DNA of 64,000 bases from a virus (IMGVR_UViG_3300035182_000466:96001-160000), one strand, 5' to 3'; positions 28,016 to 38,045 are shown, counted from the first letter of the stretch. Numbers and translations are program-made. Notes: generated by a model from the letters alone, not told the origin.

Positions 28016-30463
28016 ATGATTTTATTAAAAGATATGAAGACTAGTCTTTTTAAAAATGCTGATGCCTATTGGAAGAGTAATAGAAAAGATCATATCCAAC
28101 TTGAAAGTTATGATCTATATATAGGTGCTAGATTCAGATGTAAAGTACGAACAGGATCAACTTTAAAGTATTTATACTTTACTATAATATCTTTAGATCC
28201 TGCAGTTATAGCTTATTGGATTCAGGATGAATTTGCAATTTATCTAGCACCTGTAGATTTTGAGCAACTATTTATAAGAAGGATACTCAATAGACGTAAC
28301 CTTATAGAAAAAATGTTACATCCACAAGATATTCGAATTATACCCGTCAAAGTATTAAACTCCATACAGACTAGAAAAATGCTTTGGATGATACCTAGAT
28401 TAACACAGAAAGATGTTCAATCAGCGCCTTATAGCTTGAACATTATTTCTCCTAAACTGATTTACAACTTTAGTACCTACATTAGTGCAGGTAAAGAAGA
28501 TATCTTCGGGTGGTTACTTAATCTAGTAACACAAGCCAATTCTGATTATCATACAGGTAAAAAACAATCAAGTCTTACTGATGATCAATATGACGAACTA
28601 AAAGAACTGTTGCTATCTATAGATCCTAAAAAAGCTAAGATTTTAGAATCAGTTGGGGCACCAGTAATAGAAGAAAAAGATGTTAGGAAAAAGGTAGAAC
28701 TTGAATATAAAATGGGTTCATTACGTAAGATTAAACCAGATGGTTCTACTACAAATAAATTTATAAAAGATACAAAAGATGATGAGTATATAGTCTCTGA
28801 TAAGTTAGATGGATTAAGTCTGAGTTTAACTTATAGAAATTCAAATTTAGTAAAAGCTACAACTAGAGGTGATGGTTATATTGGACAAGATGTAACTAGG
28901 CATATACTTCAAGTTCCTTCTGTACCTAAGAAACTTAATTCTAAATATGCTAAAGAGAATCTAACTATACGAGCTGAAGGAATTTTAGCAAACTCTGATT
29001 TTGAGATGTTTAACAAACTCTTGGTTAAAGAAGGTAACTCGGAATTTGCTAATCCACGCAATATGATAGCTGGTGTATTTAATAGATTATCACCTAATAA
29101 AAAAGTTTTAGCTAAGTTAAATGTTGTAACTTATGCTATAATGAGTAGAGAAAAAGACTTAGATAAAAAGCAACAACTTAAACAACTTGAAGATATGGGT
29201 TTTCATGTAGTTCCTTACAAAGTATTTAAAGCTAAAGATATTTCAGAAGAGAAGTTAACAAAGTATATTTCTGATAGAAAGCTAATGGGTGACTTTGATT
29301 TAGATGGGGCTGTAATAGAAGTAAATAATGCTAAGATCAGACAATCCCTTGGTAATGAAACTAATTCAATAAATCCTAAATATGCTAAAGCATTTAAGAC
29401 TGGTGATACTGAAAAAGTTGAAGCTAAAGTACTAGAAGTTGTATGGGCTGTATCTAAACATGGATATTTAAAACCACGGATTCGTATTTTTCCTGTAAAA
29501 TTAGGTGGTGTTACTGTATCATATGCTACAGCTTTTAATGCCTCTTTTGTTTATGAAAATAAATTAGGTCCTGGAGCTAAGGTATTATTAACACGTTCTG
29601 GCGATGTAATTCCACATATACTTAAAGTAATAGATAAAGCTAAGAAACCTCAAATGCCAGATAAAGATGTAGTAGGTAATTATGAATGGAATGATACAAA
29701 AGTTGATTTAGTATTATCTGAACCACATGAGAATGATACTGTAAAGATAAAACAAATATCCGGATTCTTTAGTCGGATAGGAGTAGATTATCTTGGACGT
29801 GGCTTAATAACACGTTTTTATGAACACGGCTTTGACTCTATAGATAAAGTAATTCACATTACTGTAAAAGATTTATTATCTATTGATGGTATTCAAAAGA
29901 AAAGTGCAGAAAAATTATATGAAGGTATTACTAAAGCATTACAGACTGTAGACTTACCTACTCTAGCTTCTGCTACTCCATACTTTGGAGTAAACTTTGG
30001 AGAAACAAGACTAGATAAAATATACGAAGTTTATAAAGATGAAATGTTTAGTAGATGGAAAGGTTATACAGTAAGAACTGTAGCAGAAGAAATTTCTAAA
30101 ATACCTGGATTTAGTTCTAACACTGCAATTCAATTTGCAAAAGGTATTAAACCTTTTAATTCATTTTTGAAAAGAAATTCTGATGTATTAAAAATAAACA
30201 AGAAGAAGGAACAAAAGAAATTAAGTAATGTATTTTCAAATGTATCTATTTGTTGGACTGGCATTAGACAAAGAGACTTAGAAGAACTACTTATAGCAAA
30301 TGGCGGTAAAGTAGAATCATCTGTTAAAAATGGATTGACCTATCTTGTAGCAAAAGATCCGAATAGTACTAGTGCTAAAATGCAGAAAGCTAGAGATTTG
30401 AAGATAAAGATAATATCTCCAGACCAAGCAATAAAATTGTTTAAAGATAAAGGTGTTTTATAA
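28016..30463 (+). CDS. ligA: NAD-dependent DNA ligase
   Basis: KLDG adenylation motif, TRGDG..G.DVT, NPRN, RSGDVIP, HhH repeats, C-terminal BRCT. Confidence 0.95.
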   Translation: MILLKDMKTSLFKNADAYWKSNRKDHIQLESYDLYIGARFRCKVRTGSTLKYLYFTIISLDPAVIAYWIQDEFAIYLAPVDFEQLFIRRILNRRNLIEKMLHPQDIRIIPVKVLNSIQTRKMLWMIPRLTQKDVQSAPYSLNIISPKLIYNFSTYISAGKEDIFGWLLNLVTQANSDYHTGKKQSSLTDDQYDELKELLLSIDPKKAKILESVGAPVIEEKDVRKKVELEYKMGSLRKIKPDGSTTNKFIKDTKDDEYIVSDKLDGLSLSLTYRNSNLVKATTRGDGYIGQDVTRHILQVPSVPKKLNSKYAKENLTIRAEGILANSDFEMFNKLLVKEGNSEFANPRNMIAGVFNRLSPNKKVLAKLNVVTYAIMSREKDLDKKQQLKQLEDMGFHVVPYKVFKAKDISEEKLTKYISDRKLMGDFDLDGAVIEVNNAKIRQSLGNETNSINPKYAKAFKTGDTEKVEAKVLEVVWAVSKHGYLKPRIRIFPVKLGGVTVSYATAFNASFVYENKLGPGAKVLLTRSGDVIPHILKVIDKAKKPQMPDKDVVGNYEWNDTKVDLVLSEPHENDTVKIKQISGFFSRIGVDYLGRGLITRFYEHGFDSIDKVIHITVKDLLSIDGIQKKSAEKLYEGITKALQTVDLPTLASATPYFGVNFGETRLDKIYEVYKDEMFSRWKGYTVRTVAEEISKIPGFSSNTAIQFAKGIKPFNSFLKRNSDVLKINKKKEQKKLSNVFSNVSICWTGIRQRDLEELLIANGGKVESSVKNGLTYLVAKDPNSTSAKMQKARDLKIKIISPDQAIKLFKDKGVL

Positions 30464-30612
30464 AAGGAGAATTAGATGTTAAATTTTACTAAAAACTATA
30501 TGTTAAAAACAAAGGTAATAGTATACATTTGCATAGTGTTTATTTTATTCAGCTCTATAGGTTCAACTGTATTCATTGAAGAAGTAAAAGAATCTGTTTC
30601 GGTATTTAGGAT

Positions 30613-31776
30613 ATGAGAAAAGTATCTATAGCTGCTAGAAAAAATCCTACTCAAAATAAGAAAATATCTGCTGTTGATTATTTAAGGCAGTGGAAAAATG
30701 ATCCAAATGCCTATATTAGTTTCACTGAGATAAACAAGATAGGTATAAATCCTAAAAGTAAATATAATACCCCTTTAGGTATTTATACCTATCCATTAGC
30801 TACAGTATGGGTAGAATACGATTTAGACTATGCATCTTCACTTAACAAATTGCCTTTTGCAGCTAATTTACCTCATATTTGGATAATAACCCCAAAGTCT
30901 AACTCAAATATCTTTATAGATGATTTATACTCTGATTATACTTCTAAAAACTATGATAAGGATTCAGAACTTTTAAAAGATCTGTTTATAGAAGAATCTT
31001 TAAAAAACATGGAAGTAGATTTATCTTATACTAATACTCATGATGTAGCTTTTATAGAACGCTGGAAGAAAGAGTATAAACAAAAAGTGTATGATAAATG
31101 GGCAAATATTTATGCTAAGAATATAATAACTACAAAAGTAAAAAATCCTGGTGGTTTCTTTTGGAATTTATGCAGATTAATATCTATGAATTTAGCTGTC
31201 CCTTCAGAGGATAGTACTACACCAATTTTAAGTATAAATTCCTTTACAGATGTTGAAAGAAGAATAGCTTCTATCAAATGGAATTGGCTTTTGAGAAAAT
31301 GTGGTTATTCTGGTTTTGCAGACAAACACGGACAAGGTATTATACATGAGTCAGAACCAATTCAAGCTGTATTTTTATCAACAAGTTCTTTTAAAGTAAT
31401 AGGAAACTGCAATAACATTTCACCTGTGTATAAAGATAAAAGAAAATATATAAAAACTGCATCAGATCTGTTTCCTATTTTATCTAATGCTAAATATCAT
31501 CCAAGCAATTTAAATCAAGATGAAGATAGAGCTTTTGATAAATTACTATTAGGTTATTTGATTGGATTCTATAATGAATCAGTTTTAAAGGAACTACCTT
31601 TTAAGGTTGTTGTAGATAAAAACGTATTGTGGAATTCTTTTAATAAAATACAATATGAAGTTCTTTTGGACTATTGTAAAGAACATTCTTATGAAAATTT
31701 AAAGGAAAAGAAATGGTGGAGAAACACTGCAGTAACTTATTTAGAGTTGATAAAAGAAAAGCATGATTGGAGATAA
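30613..31776 (+). CDS. hypothetical phage protein
   Basis: 387-aa ORF; GINPKSKYNTPLGIYTYP and GYSGFAD..G.IH..EP.Q motifs. Confidence 0.6.
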   Translation: MRKVSIAARKNPTQNKKISAVDYLRQWKNDPNAYISFTEINKIGINPKSKYNTPLGIYTYPLATVWVEYDLDYASSLNKLPFAANLPHIWIITPKSNSNIFIDDLYSDYTSKNYDKDSELLKDLFIEESLKNMEVDLSYTNTHDVAFIERWKKEYKQKVYDKWANIYAKNIITTKVKNPGGFFWNLCRLISMNLAVPSEDSTTPILSINSFTDVERRIASIKWNWLLRKCGYSGFADKHGQGIIHESEPIQAVFLSTSSFKVIGNCNNISPVYKDKRKYIKTASDLFPILSNAKYHPSNLNQDEDRAFDKLLLGYLIGFYNESVLKELPFKVVVDKNVLWNSFNKIQYEVLLDYCKEHSYENLKEKKWWRNTAVTYLELIKEKHDWR

Positions 31777-31777
31777 G

Positions 31778-32014
31778 ATGAGACAGAGTGTATTGAGTGC
31801 TTCAAATTTAAAACTTAATAAAGTGTCAGTTAAAGATATAGTCGTATATTTAGATAAAACTATAGATGAAAAAGATGATTTCATGAGAAGTACAAAGTCG
31901 CATATCTCCAATCCTTCTATTAAAGAAAGCTATTTAAAAGCAGAATCAGTTAAAGATTTTGCTGAATATTTAAAAATGGCTATAAAAACTAATTCTCCAC
32001 ATTACTTAAAATAA
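31778..32014 (+). CDS. hypothetical protein
   Basis: RBS ggag before ATG 31778. Confidence 0.55.
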   Translation: MRQSVLSASNLKLNKVSVKDIVVYLDKTIDEKDDFMRSTKSHISNPSIKESYLKAESVKDFAEYLKMAIKTNSPHYLK

Positions 32015-32034
32015 CACTATAGTAGGAGGGGTTA

Positions 32035-32415
32035 ATGATGAATAAGCATCTACAACAACTTGTAGATATAGCTAGAGGGCTTGGAACTGAAGTTATTTTT
32101 ATAGATAATATTTCTGTTTTAGGTCGGTGCGATTATCAAAACAAGAAGATTTATGTTTCAAAAAATGAAAAACTAAGAAAGAAAATAATTATACTTGCTC
32201 ATGAACTAGGACACTGGCATTCATACTTATATAATAAAAAGAATACTAATATATCAAGAAATGATAGAGAAAAATTAGCGTATGAGTATGGTTGGAGAAT
32301 ACTTATAAATTTAAAACTTCATACTGTCTTTAATATTACGCCAGAAGATTGGTATAAAATAAATATGTATAATTTTACAAATACCGATCCAGATACAAAG
32401 GTGGCATGGACATGA
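32035..32415 (+). CDS. ImmA/IrrE-like zinc metallopeptidase
   Basis: LAHELGH (HExxH) followed by E..A. Confidence 0.75.
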   Translation: MMNKHLQQLVDIARGLGTEVIFIDNISVLGRCDYQNKKIYVSKNEKLRKKIIILAHELGHWHSYLYNKKNTNISRNDREKLAYEYGWRILINLKLHTVFNITPEDWYKINMYNFTNTDPDTKVAWT

Positions 32416-34163
32416 AACTAACTATTGCAGCAATTAAACTGTCAGATCTTAAAAAAGCTAATCAGAAATATGATTCAAGTAAAGATGATAAACCATCTAA
32501 AACTTGGTTAAAGATGTCAGATCAAGAGAAAGAAAACCTTGCGAATAAAGAGAAACAACGTAGATTAGAAAATGAACGTAAAATTGGTGAAAAAATAGAA
32601 CCATACAAAGCAGAACGTTTGTGGGAAAAAGAAAAGAAAGGTTCTGCGAATAAGAAGTCTAAAGCACCTGATAATACTAAAAATGAAGATAATGAAAAAG
32701 CTCCTGATAATGAAAAAAATGAAGATAATGAAAAAGCTCCTGATAATGAAAAAACATCAGATAATGAAAAAGAACCAGATAATACTAAAAAGGAAGATGT
32801 AGATGTAAAAACAGAGGAACAAAAAGAACAAGAACAAAAAGAGCCAGATAATATTTATTCAGAAGAAAAAGTTAAAAAGGACGCAGCAAAAATAACAGAA
32901 GAAGTAAAAGAAGAAATAAAGAAATTGCCTAGAGAAAAACGAAAAAAGATGGCAGAGGATATAGTAGCAAATAGATCAACCTATGTAAAAGACGGTAAAA
33001 TTTTCTTAACCGATACTTATAGAAAGATAGGTGAATCTACCTTTGCTAAATTAGCTTTGTTTTCAGCGGCTTTTATAATATTAGGTCCATTTGCTGCGGT
33101 ATTAGGTAGAGAAGCACTTGAAATAACAGATGACGTTCTTGAAGAAAGAAAAAGAAAACATCTTGAAAAGTTAGAAAGAGAAAGAGAAGAGCAAATAGAA
33201 AAACAGAGAAAGTATATAGAATCTATTACACCTAAGTCATTATCAATAGAAGATAAAGATACTTTCAGATCAGACTATGGTAATTTATCTAAAAAAGAAT
33301 TGTGGTCTAAATATAAGAAAGCAGGTTTAAATAAGAATGATCTTATTGGATATTTAACATATGAAGAACAACTAGAAAAACTTAAATCTGCAAAAGCAGA
33401 CAAAGATGGTATATACCATATTAAGTTATCTAAGAATATGCAATTTACTGGAAATGAAGATCAACTTAGGCAGTATATAGAAATGCTAGAATTGAAACGA
33501 GACAGTACAGGACAACCTGATACTTATTATCAAGATGATACTAATAGTAAAAGTAAAAAGAAGAAGATTAATAGTAAAAGAAAATCTAACAATAAGAAAA
33601 AGGTCGTGTCTGCTGATGACAATAAAAATGAGCTTGCGGAAAACTCCGACATTGAAGAAGTTACAGAAGATGAAGTCAATAGCAAAAAAGAATCCAATGA
33701 CCCGATTGAAGAGCTTAAAAACGTTACAGCCAAGAAAAAAGAAATAGAGGATAAAGATATAGAAGGTATTCCAGATGTTTTGAAGAAGAAATTGAAACAA
33801 GCTTTTGAAGATGCACCAGATAAGCTAGATGTTAAGTACATAGACACTGAAGATGAAGATGAATATGAAGATATTGATGATGAGAACGGAGAAAAGACAG
33901 AGGTTAGAGAACCTAAAAGTACAACTAAATACGGAGAAGAAATAGAAGATACTGAACCAATAGATGATGAAGAAGAGGAAAGTAAAGATGATAAGATTAT
34001 TGAGGATAAAATCTCTGAGGTAGTAAACTTTTATTTGAAGCGTGACCCAGTTAAACTAAAAGAATTCTTTGAGAAAAAGTATCCATCATTAGTTAATAAG
34101 AAGAAACAAGAAAAAACTGAGGCAGCAGATTATATAAATTCTTTAGAAGAAGTAGACATTTAG
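32406..34163 (+). CDS. highly charged low-complexity protein with one hydrophobic segment (possible internal virion protein)
   Basis: K/E/D-rich; xxDNEK repeats. Confidence 0.6.
   Translation: MDMKLTIAAIKLSDLKKANQKYDSSKDDKPSKTWLKMSDQEKENLANKEKQRRLENERKIGEKIEPYKAERLWEKEKKGSANKKSKAPDNTKNEDNEKAPDNEKNEDNEKAPDNEKTSDNEKEPDNTKKEDVDVKTEEQKEQEQKEPDNIYSEEKVKKDAAKITEEVKEEIKKLPREKRKKMAEDIVANRSTYVKDGKIFLTDTYRKIGESTFAKLALFSAAFIILGPFAAVLGREALEITDDVLEERKRKHLEKLEREREEQIEKQRKYIESITPKSLSIEDKDTFRSDYGNLSKKELWSKYKKAGLNKNDLIGYLTYEEQLEKLKSAKADKDGIYHIKLSKNMQFTGNEDQLRQYIEMLELKRDSTGQPDTYYQDDTNSKSKKKKINSKRKSNNKKKVVSADDNKNELAENSDIEEVTEDEVNSKKESNDPIEELKNVTAKKKEIEDKDIEGIPDVLKKKLKQAFEDAPDKLDVKYIDTEDEDEYEDIDDENGEKTEVREPKSTTKYGEEIEDTEPIDDEEEESKDDKIIEDKISEVVNFYLKRDPVKLKEFFEKKYPSLVNKKKQEKTEAADYINSLEEVDI
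32661..32790 (+). repeat. in-frame 18-bp tandem repeat (xxDNEK units)
   Basis: gataatgaaaaa repeated; KAPDNTKNEDNEKAPDNEKNEDNEKAPDNEK. Confidence 0.8.
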
Positions 34164-34174
34164 GTTATAGAGAA

Positions 34175-34200
34175 AGCCTGTGTAAAATTTTACACAGGCT
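34175..34200. terminator. bidirectional terminator between convergent blocks
   Basis: perfect palindrome agcctgtgtaaaattttacacaggct with pyrimidine runs downstream on both strands. Confidence 0.8.
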
Positions 34201-34224
34201 CTTTCTTTATCTTCATCTTCATCT

Positions 34225-34560
34225 TTATTTGTTGACAACCGGAACTTTTGATGATGATAGTTTATTTATTTCTAATAATGTATTATAGTTTTTATCTCCC
34301 CATAATAGAATCCTATTTAAGTTTTCTTGTAACAGTTCTAAATCTTTTCTACTTAAACCTCCTATTACTTCAGGATCATCTAAGCGTCTAGCTTTCACTT
34401 CTATTAATGAAGGTCTTTCTGAAACTGGCCATACTTTATACTGACAATTAATTGGTTCCGGTACTGGTGGGCAAACTATCGGTTTTTGGCACGCCGAAAG
34501 GAATAATAACAACAGGCTCAAGAATAGAATTTTTAGTGACATTACATTTAGTACCTTCAT
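34225..34560 (-). CDS. o-spanin (Rz1-like lipoprotein)
   Basis: lipobox LSAC then Pro-rich segment; overlaps i-spanin 3' end. Confidence 0.75.
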   Translation of the reverse strand: MKVLNVMSLKILFLSLLLLFLSACQKPIVCPPVPEPINCQYKVWPVSERPSLIEVKARRLDDPEVIGGLSRKDLELLQENLNRILLWGDKNYNTLLEINKLSSSKVPVVNK

Positions 34561-34936
34561 CTGTTAATCCTCCCAATTTTATTTCGCCTTGTGGAATTGA
34601 CTTTAAATACTTAATATAATTTGCATATAGATTATTATATTTAGTTTCTAGCTTTGAGTTCTTTTCTTGTATAACTTTAGTTGTATCTATATACTTTTTA
34701 AGATCTGCGGATAACAAGTCATTAGATTTACTCAAACGATCTACCGATATTTTTTCTCTTGTTATATCTTCATTTAGACTCTGAATCTTTACATCTTTGG
34801 CTCTATTATCTGCTAATACTTTCTTGAAATAATATCCAAATCCTATCAATATTAATACTAAAATTCCTATTATTATCTCTTTTTTATACTCCCATAAAAT
34901 GGACAGAATTTTAGCTCCAGTGAATACAAAAACCAT
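34448..34936 (-). CDS. i-spanin (Rz-like)
   Basis: N-terminal TM followed by coiled coil and one C-terminal Cys. Confidence 0.7.
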   Translation of the reverse strand: MVFVFTGAKILSILWEYKKEIIIGILVLILIGFGYYFKKVLADNRAKDVKIQSLNEDITREKISVDRLSKSNDLLSADLKKYIDTTKVIQEKNSKLETKYNNLYANYIKYLKSIPQGEIKLGGLTDEGTKCNVTKNSILEPVVIIPFGVPKTDSLPTSTGTN

Positions 34937-34937
34937 T

Positions 34938-35363
34938 TTAGTTTTCCTCCTTCATTCTTGATAACAACCACTTTGTTTCATACATAAGTTCTAACATCCA
35001 TATACCTTTAAATTTTTTACCTTTTAATTTAAAAATAAGTTTTTTGTTTGTAACTTCTAGTGGTATATATACACCACTGTCATATACTTTAACAATTCCT
35101 GCACCATACTCACCTTTAGGGATAACACCTTCAAAAGAAATCCAGGACATACTATGATCTTCAGTTCTAATAGCTAACCTTTTTACTTCAGGTTTTTTGG
35201 GAATACCTTTAGGTACAGCCCAGCTAAATAAAACCGTTCCAACTTGAAGTCTTAAATCATAATGTAATCCAGCTTTAAGTGCATTATGTTCTTGAACTAC
35301 AAATTTAGGAGCAAATTTCTCATTATCCTTATCAAGTGTATCTAGTTTAAACTTCATAGTCAT
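34938..35363 (-). CDS. stand-alone LigD-type DNA 3'-phosphoesterase
   Basis: FVVQEH..LHYDLRL..SWAVPKG..RLA..EDH..FEG.IP.G.YGAG. Confidence 0.9.
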   Translation of the reverse strand: MTMKFKLDTLDKDNEKFAPKFVVQEHNALKAGLHYDLRLQVGTVLFSWAVPKGIPKKPEVKRLAIRTEDHSMSWISFEGVIPKGEYGAGIVKVYDSGVYIPLEVTNKKLIFKLKGKKFKGIWMLELMYETKWLLSRMKEEN

Positions 35364-35369
35364 TTCTTT

Positions 35370-35588
35370 CTATTCATATACTAAACGAGGATATTTTTCA
35401 TTTACTATAGTTTTTGAATTTGTACACTTTGTGCATACGTGTTCATAGAGAGTAATATACTTAGATGTATCTTTAATATCTTTTTGAGACTCTACCTTAC
35501 CTGTAAATTCTAAGTATCCATCGCAGTTTTTCTCTTCACATTTTAAAACTTCTTTAAAGGTTTTAACTTCATACTTTTCAATTTTCAT
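35370..35588 (-). CDS. small zinc-ribbon protein
   Basis: C....C / CTKC pairs. Confidence 0.55.
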   Translation of the reverse strand: MKIEKYEVKTFKEVLKCEEKNCDGYLEFTGKVESQKDIKDTSKYITLYEHVCTKCTNSKTIVNEKYPRLVYE

Positions 35589-36045
35589 TGGATTGCCAAT
35601 TAACTGAAATTGAATATTTAAGATCTAAAAATTTAAGCCAAACAGGAATTCCTTTTATTATATGTGATCTAAGCTGATCACAGCTTATTGTCTCAATATC
35701 TTCTATAGAATACTCTACTATTGATCCTGCAATTAAAACTATCTTTTTTACATGCTGTTTCTTTTTAATCTGGCTCTTTTCATATACATCTAGCATTAAA
35801 GATACGAAAGTATAATATTGTTTATTATTGCAGTTAAAACAACCTATATCTAACATGCTAAATACTTTATCTTGAATAGGATTATATTTAAAATATACTT
35901 CTCCACAAGATTCACACTTAACCATTGAAGTTAAACCTTGTGCAACTACATACTGATAATTGTCATTTTCCAAATTTTCAGTTTTTGTTTGTCTAATTGT
36001 TAAGAGATCTTTTATCTTATTTTTTATGCTCATGATTTCCTCCAT
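35578..36045 (-). CDS. hypothetical protein with CxxC pairs
   Basis: CESC, CFNC; RBS ggag. Confidence 0.5.
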   Translation of the reverse strand: MEEIMSIKNKIKDLLTIRQTKTENLENDNYQYVVAQGLTSMVKCESCGEVYFKYNPIQDKVFSMLDIGCFNCNNKQYYTFVSLMLDVYEKSQIKKKQHVKKIVLIAGSIVEYSIEDIETISCDQLRSHIIKGIPVWLKFLDLKYSISVNWQSNEN

Positions 36046-36065
36046 TTTTTATATATTATAAATTA

Positions 36066-36842
36066 TTAAATATCAGTTTTGTGAGGGCGTAGCCCACAGT
36101 GCTTTGCTTTAGCTTCAGGGCAGTATCCTAGTTTAATACACTTAGGTCCAGCATTTTCAAATACTACAGGATCTAGTTCTTTACAGATTCTAAGCATTTC
36201 TCTAGCCATACCTCGGATTTCCCATTGAGCGCAACTGCAGGTACGTTCAGCAAAGAAATCAAGAAGAGCATGACTATTCATCTGAATCATTATCTTTGTT
36301 TTTGATGCTTCTAGGAGACCAAAGCGACTGTCTTCATTAGGCACAGACTTAGCCTGCATTCCTTCGTACCATTGATGAGATATATCCGCTAATTCTTCTA
36401 AAGATACTTGTATATCCATACCTTTCTTAAATTCAGGACTCTCTTGTAAATTACCAGGTAAACAATTAAAAGGTATACGAATAGTAGCAGTTTTACCTTC
36501 AAGACTCTTAGGTACAATTATCTGATATTCCCCATCTTGACTTGTGTAGCGCATACTTTCTTGGGCGTAACTAGCAATCCTTTTTCTTACAAGTTGATGA
36601 GTCAATGTTCTTGATACTCCCTCTACACCAAAAATCCAATTATCAAACTCTAGTACAGATAAATGGCCGTAGCCTACTACTCGTTTAAGAATAGCTTCAT
36701 CATCACTATCGTCATTCATTATTTCAGTTATAGACTTCGGGCTGGTACAGAACTTAGCGGCCTTTGCACTCAAGCGTTCTTGGCTACGGATAGTAGGTGC
36801 TTGCAGACAAACAACCTTACACTCAACGACCTTTACACTCAC
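36066..36842 (-). CDS. thyX: FAD-dependent thymidylate synthase
   Basis: GHLSVLEF, GVSRTLTHQLVRKRIASYAQESMRY, AQWEIR. Confidence 0.92.
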   Translation of the reverse strand: MSVKVVECKVVCLQAPTIRSQERLSAKAAKFCTSPKSITEIMNDDSDDEAILKRVVGYGHLSVLEFDNWIFGVEGVSRTLTHQLVRKRIASYAQESMRYTSQDGEYQIIVPKSLEGKTATIRIPFNCLPGNLQESPEFKKGMDIQVSLEELADISHQWYEGMQAKSVPNEDSRFGLLEASKTKIMIQMNSHALLDFFAERTCSCAQWEIRGMAREMLRICKELDPVVFENAGPKCIKLGYCPEAKAKHCGLRPHKTDI

Positions 36843-37092
36843 AATTATTCTCCTTACCTAGTCTTAGTTCAATTAAATTATCTATTACTAATATTAGTTC
36901 TTCAACAGTTACACCCTCGCTAATCTTTTGCTCTAAATGTTCAATAGTTAAACCACTAGCCTTATGTAGTAGTTCTAAAAAATTAAATTCCTCATCTGTG
37001 ATACTTTCAAAGTCTGTACTAACTAGATACTCAACAAATTTTTTAATTTGTACTGCATATTTACTACATTCAATCTGATCTTTAAAAGTCAT
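36823..37092 (-). CDS. hypothetical protein
   Basis: ORF in operon-like packing. Confidence 0.5.
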   Translation of the reverse strand: MTFKDQIECSKYAVQIKKFVEYLVSTDFESITDEEFNFLELLHKASGLTIEHLEQKISEGVTVEELILVIDNLIELRLGKENNCECKGR

Positions 37093-37102
37093 TTTAACCC
37101 TC

Positions 37103-37516
37103 TTAAATTAGAATCAAGGCTTCCCTAGTATTTTTAGTCAAAAACTTTTTAATTGTATCCTCAGTTCCTCCTTCACGATTACTACTAACTAAGGCAATAA
37201 GAATATTAGCTTTATCCGCTATTTTAGTATTTCGTGCATAAGCAACTTGGGCATAAGCTGCTTTACCATTTATTTCAGCTAAATTTTTATCAATGTTCCA
37301 TATCTGAGGATAATAAATAAGAATGGGTAATCCTAGTTCTCTTGCTAGTTCTTCCGCAAAATGATCTCCACCAGTAAGACAACCTCCAGAGACTATTCTT
37401 ATTTTAGAGAAGTTATTTCCTAATCTAGCTATCTCTTCTAACAGGGTTTTCTTTAATACCTTTTTATCATGATCCGAATTTCTAGTACGGCTTCCAATTA
37501 TACCTATATAAGTCAT
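37103..37516 (-). CDS. SLOG-superfamily (DprA/YspA-like) protein
   Basis: IGIIGSR, IVSGGC..GGD, RNTKIA, GGTEDTI. Confidence 0.75.
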   Translation of the reverse strand: MTYIGIIGSRTRNSDHDKKVLKKTLLEEIARLGNNFSKIRIVSGGCLTGGDHFAEELARELGLPILIYYPQIWNIDKNLAEINGKAAYAQVAYARNTKIADKANILIALVSSNREGGTEDTIKKFLTKNTREALILI

Positions 37517-37519
37517 CGC

Positions 37520-38017
37520 TTAATCCTCATGAGGTTTATAAATCTCAATAATTATTTCATCTGAAATAGGTGTAAGTACTTTGTTCATTAGTGAACTTAC
37601 TTGCATCCAATCTAATCCTCCATTTGAACACCCTAATGCAGGAATAGCTATTGAAAGTTTAGTATGGTCTTTAACTGTTGTTAACCGACCATTCAACTCT
37701 CCTAGTTTGAATACTAAGTCAATTAGTCCTTGTTCAATATATTCAAGCTTAGAACTATTTCTCCATAGAACTTTGGTGGGGAAGTTAAAGATATATTTAG
37801 GATTATCTAGCAAGCTATAGGTCTTGTGTACACCTATTTTTCCTACTCGCACTTCATTATTTTTACAAGACACCTTATACTCTTTAAACATCTCCGGAAA
37901 TCGTTTCTTAAATTCAAGAGCAATACCTTTACCCATTACACCTTCACAATTAACGGTATTAACCCATATCATGCATCCACTATCAAATAGATTACCATCA
38001 ATAAACTTAATGGCCAT
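37520..38017 (-). CDS. macrodomain ADP-ribose-processing protein (DarG-like)
   Basis: NTVNCEGVMGKGIALEFKKRFP, NFPTK..W, IPALGCSNGGLDW. Confidence 0.88.
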   Translation of the reverse strand: MAIKFIDGNLFDSGCMIWVNTVNCEGVMGKGIALEFKKRFPEMFKEYKVSCKNNEVRVGKIGVHKTYSLLDNPKYIFNFPTKVLWRNSSKLEYIEQGLIDLVFKLGELNGRLTTVKDHTKLSIAIPALGCSNGGLDWMQVSSLMNKVLTPISDEIIIEIYKPHED

Positions 38018-38045
38018 AACTAGTATTCCTTAGGTGTAACGTTAT

